A stretch of 64,000 nucleotides of DNA from Alistipes sp. (lineage in GTDB: Bacteria; Bacteroidota; Bacteroidia; Bacteroidales; Rikenellaceae), in assembly GCA_045543395.1 (NCBI GenBank), contig JAZQML010000060.1, positions 34,790 through 98,789 of the forward strand, given 5' to 3'. Below are positions 1-7,192 of the stretch, in pieces. A program made the translations under genes and the position numbers. Positions within the stretch are counted from its first letter, which is position 1. Each line of letters begins with the position of its first letter. The notes beneath the pieces are model-generated. The model saw only the letters and a list, made by a program, of their open reading frames with translations, searched no databases and was not told the DNA's origin.

Positions 1-13
1 GCTGGTCTTTGCG

Positions 14-817
14 TTGCGCTATGCCTATAAGGCTATTCCGATACACGTAGCGTGGTGGATTCTTCTCTATCTGCTTTGTGCGGTGGCACTGTTCTACGCT
101 GTGAAGTATGTTGTGTCGCGGAAACGAGGCATACACATATTCTTGGCTCACACTACTTTGTTGCAGTTGCTGCCTCTTGGTTTGGCTATTGCCATATTCT
201 GCGCTGTGCCACGACTATCCTCACACTTTGTGGCTAATGTCGATGTTGTAGACAACTTCAAGCCTATTGATGGTAAGGTATCGACCTACGAACGGGCATT
301 CAACGATATGCAGAGTGTGCAGAAAAGTGCAGCCGAGGCGAATGGACTTCCTCCGTTCGAGTCGCGTGCAGTAATCGAGGCGCAATACAACCAACTGCGC
401 AGGGACGATAAGTTGGTGAAGATTGAAACCAACTCGAAGTATGTGGTGCGCCCATTGTCGCACTCGGCACCCTATGTAGTGCCAAAGGTCGAGCGGTTGC
501 TCAACGATATAGCCGATAGATTTCAGCAAAAGACGCAGTCGAAGGTGCAGTTTATGGTTACGAGTGTACTCCGCACCGAGGAGGATGTCAAAAAGTTGCA
601 ACGTGTGAACGGCAACGCCTCCACCACGTCGTGCCACTGCAACGCCACAACTGTCGATATCTCGTATGTGCGCTTCGAGCAAGACCCATTGCGCCCACGC
701 AATGTATATCAGTTGCGTTTGGCGTTGGCAAAAAGCATTCACGAACTCCGTAATGAGGGACGCTGCTACGTTAAACGCGAGAAAAAACAATATTGCTACC
801 ATATTACCGTTAGGTAG
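14..817 (+). CDS. DUF5715-family protein with hydrophobic N-terminus; probably 5'-truncated by the window edge
   Basis: C-terminal FMVTSVLRT...NAS..SCHC.ATTVDISY resembles DUF5715; the frame is open back to base 2, so the true start may lie upstream. Confidence 0.7.
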   Translation: MRYAYKAIPIHVAWWILLYLLCAVALFYAVKYVVSRKRGIHIFLAHTTLLQLLPLGLAIAIFCAVPRLSSHFVANVDVVDNFKPIDGKVSTYERAFNDMQSVQKSAAEANGLPPFESRAVIEAQYNQLRRDDKLVKIETNSKYVVRPLSHSAPYVVPKVERLLNDIADRFQQKTQSKVQFMVTSVLRTEEDVKKLQRVNGNASTTSCHCNATTVDISYVRFEQDPLRPRNVYQLRLALAKSIHELRNEGRCYVKREKKQYCYHITVR

Positions 818-844
818 TTGGCAAACGAACAAAAACAAAACTAT

Positions 845-2167
845 ATGGATATCTTAATTAAAGTATTGCAATTCTTTATGAGTCTGACCATCTTGGTGGC
901 GATTCACGAGTTTGGACACTTCATTGTGGCACGACTATTCAAAATCAGGGTAGAGAAGTTCTACATCTTTTTCGATGCGGGCTTTGCGCTCTGGAAGAAG
1001 AAGTGGGGCGACACAGAGTATGGCTTGGGCTGGTTGCCACTCGGAGGCTACTGCAAAATTGCAGGTATGGTAGACGAGAGTATGGATACGGAGCAGTTGG
1101 CACAAGCACCGCAGCCGTGGGAGTACCGCGCAAAACCGGCGTGGCAACGCTTCCTCGTTTTGGCGGCAGGCGTTACGATGAATGTCATTTTGGCATTCTT
1201 TATCTACTGCGGCATTAGTTTCTCGTATGGCAAGAAGTATGTCGCCAACGAGGATATGATTTATGGCTATGAGTTTAGCCAGAGTGCCGAGCAGTTGGGC
1301 TTTCAGGATGGCGACCGCATAGTTGCTATCGGTGGCGATAAGATTGTGGATGCGGCATCTATCCGCTCAAAGATTTTTCTGGCGAAGGAGGAGTGCGAGG
1401 TTGAGGTTATTCGTGGCGGCGAGGCTCACACCTTCACCCTCAATAATGAGGTGCTTAACGCTATCCGCAACGATGGAAAACTCGAAACCGAGTACCTCTG
1501 CGAGCCGTTGATGCCGTTTGTGGTCGATAGCATCCGCTTGGCTACTGCTGCCGAGGCCGGTTTGCAGAAGGGCGACCATATCGTAGGCCTTAATGGCGAG
1601 GAGTTGCGCTACATAAACTATTTCTTGCCTAAATTCAAAGAGTTGAAGGGCAAGAGTGTTGAGTTGCAGGTGTTGCGTGGCGAGGAGCCTTTGACCATAA
1701 ATGTGGCACTCAACGAGAATGGCGAGTTGGGCGTTGTTACAGCACCATTCTTTGAGGTTCGCAGCGAGAAATATGGCTTTTTCGAGTCTATCCCTGCGGG
1801 TGCGCGTTTGACTGCTCGCACCATCAAAAACTATTGGGATCAGTTGGTGCTTATCGTAAAACCCGACAACGGACTCTACAAGCAGGTTGGCGGTTTTATC
1901 TCTATCGGCAACATATTCCCTTCGGAGTGGAATTGGCATCAGTTCTGGTCGATGACGGCATTCCTCTCGATTATTCTCGCCATAATGAACATTATCCCTA
2001 TCCCGGGACTCGATGGCGGACATATGATGTTCACCTTCTGGGAGATGATTACGGGCCGCAAAGTTAGCGATAAGGTCTTGGAGATTGCGCAGTATATCGG
2101 TATGGCGTTGATTTTGGCACTTGTCCTCTTTGCCAACGGAAATGATATTTATAGGTTGTTCCAATAG
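845..2167 (+). CDS. rseP: RIP intramembrane metalloprotease RseP (site-2 protease, PDZ domains)
   Basis: HEFGH zinc motif, GGYCKIAGM, NIIPIPGLDGG motif; ATG at 845 preferred over TTG at 818. Confidence 0.95.
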   Translation: MDILIKVLQFFMSLTILVAIHEFGHFIVARLFKIRVEKFYIFFDAGFALWKKKWGDTEYGLGWLPLGGYCKIAGMVDESMDTEQLAQAPQPWEYRAKPAWQRFLVLAAGVTMNVILAFFIYCGISFSYGKKYVANEDMIYGYEFSQSAEQLGFQDGDRIVAIGGDKIVDAASIRSKIFLAKEECEVEVIRGGEAHTFTLNNEVLNAIRNDGKLETEYLCEPLMPFVVDSIRLATAAEAGLQKGDHIVGLNGEELRYINYFLPKFKELKGKSVELQVLRGEEPLTINVALNENGELGVVTAPFFEVRSEKYGFFESIPAGARLTARTIKNYWDQLVLIVKPDNGLYKQVGGFISIGNIFPSEWNWHQFWSMTAFLSIILAIMNIIPIPGLDGGHMMFTFWEMITGRKVSDKVLEIAQYIGMALILALVLFANGNDIYRLFQ

Positions 2168-2169
2168 TT

Positions 2170-2216
2170 TGCAGAATGCAGAATGCAGAATGCAAAATGC
2201 AGAGTTAAAAGTTAAA
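2170..2216. repeat. Heptamer tandem repeat (TGCAGAA x5, then GTTAAAA x2)
   Basis: Read directly just after the rseP stop. Confidence 0.9.
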
Positions 2217-2222
2217 TACTCC

Positions 2223-2260
2223 GTCATTGCGAGGCTTGGCACAAGCCGTGGCAATCTCCC
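2223..2260. repeat. REP-like palindrome GTCATTGCGAG...GTGGCAATCTCC
   Basis: Near-identical second copy at 57239-57275; internal hairpin GCTTG-GCA-CAAGC. Confidence 0.8.
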
Positions 2261-2267
2261 TTACATC

Positions 2268-2410
2268 GGCTTTTAGCCATTAGCCATTGGCTTTTTCGTG
2301 AGATTAAAGAATTTAGGGAGTTTAGCGAATGCTATTCTCCCTATTCTCCCTATACTCCCTATACTCATTAAACTCCCTAAACTCCCTAAACTCCCTACAC
2401 TTCCTACTGC
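2268..2410. repeat. Composite repeat: TAGCCAT heptamers plus inverted nonamer arrays (TTTAGGGAG / CTCCCTAWA)
   Basis: Inverted homologue at 23586-23694 and related array at 50605-50753. Confidence 0.85.
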
Positions 2411-2411
2411 C

Positions 2412-2693
2412 GGGTATCGTTTTCGATACCTGCGTTTGCGTGGAGTGTGCTTCTTCTGTGTGCCGGGTATCGTCGATACCCGTGTTTGCGTGGAGTGCGT
2501 TCCTCTTGTGTCGTGGGTATCGTTTTCGATACCTGTGTTTGTGTGGGTGCGTTCTTCTTGTGGGGTGGGTATCGTTTTCGATACCTATGACTGCGTGTGG
2601 GGGTGTTCTCTCTTGTCTGCTGGGTATCGTTTTCGATACCTGCGTTTGCGTGGAGTACGCTCCTCTTGTGTGCTGGGTATCGAAAACGATACC
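2412..2693. repeat. Array of 6 palindromic GGGTATCG-N4-CGATACC hairpins, period 50-55 bp
   Basis: Cores start at 2412, 2465, 2515, 2567, 2622, 2675; inter-core segments 33-36 bp and mutually similar. Confidence 0.9.
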
Positions 2694-3430
2694 TATTGCA
2701 TAGGAGGGTTGCTATCTTTGATAATTTGGTCGAATAGGTGCTCCAATTCTGCTGCTAATCGCCAATCATCACCGATATGCATCTCTATACCTTCACGATT
2801 GATACCTTTCAGATTTATCAACAAAGTATAGTCGTGAACGAGAGTATCATTGTTTTGCACTAGGTGTACCGATGAATGTTTTTGTGCCGATGCTCCTCCT
2901 ATAATAGCACCCGTCTTACCTCCCCAAAAATCGCCGGCCAAACTACTAATTACAACATCTTTTGCATCTGCTGATGTTGTTATACTTCCGCTAATATCGC
3001 CTTTGGTAATTTGGCAATTATCTACTAATTTATATGATGCAATATCAGCAAAAGGAAATGCGATATCGTTTATATATATGACTTTATGATTAACAAATAG
3101 TGCAAAATAGCCATAATCGGTCAAGTCGTTAGGGCGTATCACTCTGTCAGGTGCTCCGTGCTTCTCTGTCAAGAGATTTAGCGCATTATCTATCTTTGAC
3201 TGTGTAGATTCAATTTTTTGTTGTTCTCTTTTTTGAGCATTCTCCTCATAGGCTTCTTGTTGCCTTTGCTGATCTTTCTCTGTGCTATTTTTCGCGACAA
3301 CAATCAATATTACTACCACCGCAATAATTCCGATAAACCCCAATATAACGGCAATGTTCTCTACAATTAGAGCAAGCATAACGACAAAAACAACGAAAGA
3401 TGTTATGCTACCAGAAACACTTGTTCTCAT
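2693..3430 (-). CDS. Hypothetical membrane-anchored protein (245 aa)
   Basis: Long hydrophobic N-terminus, Gln/Glu-rich coiled segment, GGKTGAIIGG glycine-zipper-like motif; AT-rich; TAG stop overlaps the last hairpin. Confidence 0.75.
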   Translation of the reverse strand: MRTSVSGSITSFVVFVVMLALIVENIAVILGFIGIIAVVVILIVVAKNSTEKDQQRQQEAYEENAQKREQQKIESTQSKIDNALNLLTEKHGAPDRVIRPNDLTDYGYFALFVNHKVIYINDIAFPFADIASYKLVDNCQITKGDISGSITTSADAKDVVISSLAGDFWGGKTGAIIGGASAQKHSSVHLVQNNDTLVHDYTLLINLKGINREGIEMHIGDDWRLAAELEHLFDQIIKDSNPPMQ

Positions 3431-3433
3431 AGT

Positions 3434-3815
3434 TTATTTTGTTGCCACTTTCATGTATTTATCATATAGACACTCGTCGCCTTTGGGATTTTCGTTCCTG
3501 CCTTTATAATACTCAATGGTCGTCTTGTATGACTTTAAGGCAATTAACAATCCTTCTTTACCATATTCTTCATATATTTGCTTTAAATAGCATTCACGCA
3601 ATCCTTGCGGGATTTGTCCTCCGTGCATAGGTTCTCCCTCTCTCATTTTACGATATGCCTGCAAATAGTAGCCTTTAAAGGAGCGATACGGTATGTTGTG
3701 TTTATTAAACAACCTCTCCGCAGCTTCATCTGCAGTAATTTTATTCAAGTATACATCTTTGGCTGTTAAATAAATGTCGTTAAATTTTTCAGTATTAGAA
3801 TTTGCTTTCATCATG
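3434..3815 (-). CDS. Hypothetical protein (~126 aa, MMKANSN...)
   Basis: AT-rich ORF; ATG start chosen inside the longer 3434..3892 ORF, start coordinate approximate. Confidence 0.7.
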
Positions 3816-3930
3816 GGTGTAATTTTATATTTTAGTAAGGACTGCTCCACAAATTTAGAAATTATTTTCGAGAGTTGCGGAATTGTGCGCAAAATTTTTT
3901 AATTTTGCAGAAAGAAAAGTGGCGCAGAGA

Positions 3931-4100
3931 ATAATGGCATTCGGGCGACGCCCTTAATGGCATTGGAATGGCAGCGCAGTCTAATGACTGCTTAATGGCA
4001 GGCGCACAAGGTTTTCACAAAATTTTTGTCATTAAATGCCATTCAGCGAACAAAGTGAGCGATTGCCATTCAGTGAGCATTGCGAGCGAATGTCATTAAA
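3931..4100. repeat. Symmetric element: five AATGGCA-like motifs facing five TGCCATT-like motifs
   Basis: Forward motifs near 3933, 3956, 3967, 3983, 3994; reverse motifs near 4027, 4037, 4064, 4075, 4091. Confidence 0.7.
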
Positions 4101-4111
4101 TCAAAAAAAGT

Positions 4112-4142
4112 TTTCCATTTTCCGTTTTCCGTTTTCCGTTTT
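4112..4142. repeat. Heptamer repeat TTTTCCG x4 upstream of the radA promoter
   Basis: Read directly. Confidence 0.8.
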
Positions 4143-4146
4143 TTGC

Positions 4147-4154
4147 TAACTTTG
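4147..4154 (+). promoter_or_regulatory. Bacteroidetes -7 promoter box TAACTTTG (radA)
   Basis: Matches the TAnnTTTG consensus upstream of radA. Confidence 0.6.
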
Positions 4155-4205
4155 CAAAAGTAAAAGTGCCAATGGCTAATGGCTAACGGCAAAAAGCAAA
4201 AGATT

Positions 4206-5585
4206 ATGGCAGAGGCAAAGAAAGCATACGTTTGTCGTGAGTGTGGTTACGATGCGCCGAAGTGGCTCGGAAAGTGCCCCGCTTGCGGAAAGTGGGATAC
4301 ATTCGATGAACTTGTAGTGGCAAAGAAGGGTAGTTCGGTTGCCGCAGCAGTTACGTCGTCGGCAGTACCGAAAGCAAAGCCGCAGAAGGTGCAAGATATC
4401 AAAACAGGCGAAACCAAGCGCATAGACGTAGGTCAGAGCGAGGTCAATCGTGTGTTGGGTGGCGGTTTGGTGCCTGGCTCGATTATCCTCGTAGGCGGCG
4501 AGCCGGGTATCGGAAAATCGACACTCGCCCTGCAACTCGCATTGGCGGACAATGGCTTGCGCACGCTCTATGTGTCGGGCGAGGAGTCGGCAGAGCAGAT
4601 TAAGATGCGTGCCGAGCGACTCGGCATCCACAACGATGAGTGTGTGGTCTACACCGAAACGCTACTCGAAAATATCATTGCGCAGTGCGAGGCGATAAAG
4701 CCCGATATGGTGGTTGTCGATTCGATTCAGACCATCTACACCGACTTGGTCGATGCCTCGGCGGGTAGTGTGTCGCAGATTCGTGAGTGCGCCTCTACGC
4801 TCCTGAAATACGCAAAGGGTAGTGGCACACCTGTATTTATAATAGGTCATATCACGAAGGAAGGCACTATTGCAGGCCCGAAGGTGTTGGAGCATATCGT
4901 GGATGTAGTGTTGCAGTTCGAGGGCGACGGAAATAATACATACCGCATTTTGCGAGGTATCAAAAATCGCTTCGGAGCGACCTTCGAGATTGGTGTATTC
5001 GAGATGCTTGAAAAGGGTTTGCGCTCGGTCGAAAACCCTTCGGAGGTGCTTCTATCGCACTACGACGAGCCTTTGTCGGGCATTGCCGTAGCGGCTACTG
5101 TGGATGGCATTCGCCCATACCTGTTGGAGGTGCAGGCGTTGGTCGGCACAGCGGCGTATGGCACACCACAGCGCAATGCTACGGGCTACGACTCACGCCG
5201 TATGAATATGTTGTTGGCGATATTGGAGAAGCGAGTAGGACTTAAAATGTTCCAGAAGGATGTATTCCTGAACTTTGCCGGTGGCTTTAAGGTGTCGGAT
5301 ACGGGCTTGGACTTGGCTGTTGTGGCGGCGGTGTTGTCATCCTATTTCGACCGCCCTATAAACGACGGCTTGGCTCTGGCTGGCGAGATTGGTCTTTCGG
5401 GCGAGGTACGCCCTGCGCCACGCACCGAGCAACGCATTAGCGAGGCGGCACGATTGGGCTTTAAGAAGATTGTTGTTTCGGGCTACGCCTCGTTGCCGAG
5501 CAAAAAGGTTAAGGGCATAGAAATTGCCCGCATAAATACCGTAGGCGAATTGGCTCGCCACCTATTCTCCGCTCACGAGGAGTAG
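4206..5585 (+). CDS. radA: DNA repair protein RadA/Sms
   Basis: CRECG..CPAC zinc finger, GGEPGIGKST Walker A, KNRFG motif, Lon-like C-terminus; ATG 4206 or 4179. Confidence 0.97.
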   Translation: MAEAKKAYVCRECGYDAPKWLGKCPACGKWDTFDELVVAKKGSSVAAAVTSSAVPKAKPQKVQDIKTGETKRIDVGQSEVNRVLGGGLVPGSIILVGGEPGIGKSTLALQLALADNGLRTLYVSGEESAEQIKMRAERLGIHNDECVVYTETLLENIIAQCEAIKPDMVVVDSIQTIYTDLVDASAGSVSQIRECASTLLKYAKGSGTPVFIIGHITKEGTIAGPKVLEHIVDVVLQFEGDGNNTYRILRGIKNRFGATFEIGVFEMLEKGLRSVENPSEVLLSHYDEPLSGIAVAATVDGIRPYLLEVQALVGTAAYGTPQRNATGYDSRRMNMLLAILEKRVGLKMFQKDVFLNFAGGFKVSDTGLDLAVVAAVLSSYFDRPINDGLALAGEIGLSGEVRPAPRTEQRISEAARLGFKKIVVSGYASLPSKKVKGIEIARINTVGELARHLFSAHEE

Positions 5586-5605
5586 CGACACAAACCTATA
5601 TAACA

Positions 5606-5636
5606 AAGCCACCGTTTCAATTTGAAGCGGTGGCTT
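5606..5636. terminator. Hairpin between convergent radA and panB
   Basis: AAGCCACCG...CGGTGGCTT stem. Confidence 0.7.
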
Positions 5637-5658
5637 GTTTGTTGCGATGTCAAAGCGT

Positions 5659-6474
5659 TTAGTACTGCTCCTTCTCGTTAGGGAAGTCGCACGATTTGAC
5701 ATCCTCCACGTAGTGCGAAATAGCCTCGCTCATAACGGTGTGAAGGTCGGCATAACGACGCAAGAAACGTGGCGAAAAGCCCTTATTTATGCCGAGCATA
5801 TCGTGTACAACAAGCACCTGTCCATCTGTTGCTCCACCTGCGCCAATGCCTATCGTAGGAATCGACAACTCCTTCGATACACGCTCTGCCAATGCAGCAG
5901 GAATCTTCTCCAAAACAATGGCGAAACAGCCAACCTCCTCCAGCAACTTTGCATCGCGTACCAACTTCTCTGCCTCTGCCTCCTCCTTTGCTCGAACGCT
6001 ATATGTGCCGAACTTGTGGATAGATTGCGGAGTGAGTCCGAGGTGTCCCATAACGGGAATACCTGCGGTAAGGATACGCTTAATCGAATCGAGAATCTCC
6101 TCGCCACCCTCCATCTTTACGGCATCGGCTCCGGTCTCCTTCATAATGCGTATAGCCGAGTCGAGTGCTGCTTGCGAGTCGCCCTGATATGTTCCGAAGG
6201 GCATATCGCAGACAACCAACGCTCGCTCTACGGCACGCACAACCGAAGCAGCGTGATAAATCATCTGGTCGAGTGTAATAGGTAGGGTAGTCTCCCAACC
6301 CGCCATAACGTTTGCTGCCGAGTCGCCCACGAGAATTACATCCACGCCTGCGCCATCAACAATCTTCGCCATCGAATAGTCGTAGGAGGTGAGCATCGAA
6401 ATTTTCTCGCCTCTATCCTTCATCTCTTTGAGTCGTAGTGTCGTAACGGCTCTAACTTTGCTCTCTACTGACAT
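5659..6474 (-). CDS. panB: 3-methyl-2-oxobutanoate hydroxymethyltransferase
   Basis: [31 protein letters not shown] motifs. Confidence 0.97.
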   Translation of the reverse strand: MSVESKVRAVTTLRLKEMKDRGEKISMLTSYDYSMAKIVDGAGVDVILVGDSAANVMAGWETTLPITLDQMIYHAASVVRAVERALVVCDMPFGTYQGDSQAALDSAIRIMKETGADAVKMEGGEEILDSIKRILTAGIPVMGHLGLTPQSIHKFGTYSVRAKEEAEAEKLVRDAKLLEEVGCFAIVLEKIPAALAERVSKELSIPTIGIGAGGATDGQVLVVHDMLGINKGFSPRFLRRYADLHTVMSEAISHYVEDVKSCDFPNEKEQY

Positions 6475-6486
6475 AGTGCCGAAATG

Positions 6487-7164
6487 TTAAACGTGACGCA
6501 ATATCTCATCCAAGCCGTTGAAGTGGTTTTTGTAGTCTTCCAACGAGCGGGAGATAACCTCGTAAGCCTCCTCACGACCAAATACATCGGTAATCTCAAC
6601 CTTCTTCTGCGACTCCGAGTCAGGCATATCCTTGTATGTGAGGAAGTAGTGTTTCAAACGATTTACAATCGCCTTTGGCAACTCCGAAATGTCGTTGTAG
6701 CCGCTGTATGTTACGTCGTGGCGCAGTACGGCAATAATCTTGTCGTCAGCCTCGTTGCCATCCAACATACGGAATCCACCGATAGGGCGAACATTTACGA
6801 TGATATCGCCGTGAGCAATATCGCGCTCGGTCAGTACGCAGATGTCGAGTGGGTCGCCGTCACCAACAATGTCGGTGCGACCACTCTGCTGCATACAATA
6901 CGCCGCTACGCTCTCGCCGCAAAAACTCTGCGGAACAAAGCCGTAGAGGGCAGGGATAACGTTTGAATACTTCTGCGGACGGTCAATTTTCAGATATCCG
7001 CTCACTTTGTCCAACTCATACTTTACCGTGTCGGTAGGTACAATCTCAATAAATGCGGTAATCACTTCGGGAGCCTTCTCGCCCACTTCGATACCGTGCC
7101 AAGGGTGCGACTTGTAACGCAAGCCCATTAATCTTGCAATAGGATCATTGATTTTGTTTCCCAT
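6487..7164 (-). CDS. ppa: Family I inorganic pyrophosphatase
   Basis: HPWH, KYELDK, DRPQ, DGDPLDICV, DDKII motifs. Confidence 0.95.
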   Translation of the reverse strand: MGNKINDPIARLMGLRYKSHPWHGIEVGEKAPEVITAFIEIVPTDTVKYELDKVSGYLKIDRPQKYSNVIPALYGFVPQSFCGESVAAYCMQQSGRTDIVGDGDPLDICVLTERDIAHGDIIVNVRPIGGFRMLDGNEADDKIIAVLRHDVTYSGYNDISELPKAIVNRLKHYFLTYKDMPDSESQKKVEITDVFGREEAYEVISRSLEDYKNHFNGLDEILRHV

Positions 7165-7192
7165 AATATAATCTGTTGTTTAAGCCTTTATT

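Noticed and set aside
2412-2693. Calling the hairpin array a CRISPR
   Set aside because: Repeat core is only 19 bp, intervals are diverged copies of one another, the unit recurs at 15.1 and 23.5 kb, and no cas gene is in the window
2298-2831. ORFs 2298..2831, 2329..2703, 23426..23695 and 24275..24550 with repeated peptides (GYRFRY, MQNAKC)
   Set aside because: Translations of non-coding repeats; no start context or protein-like composition
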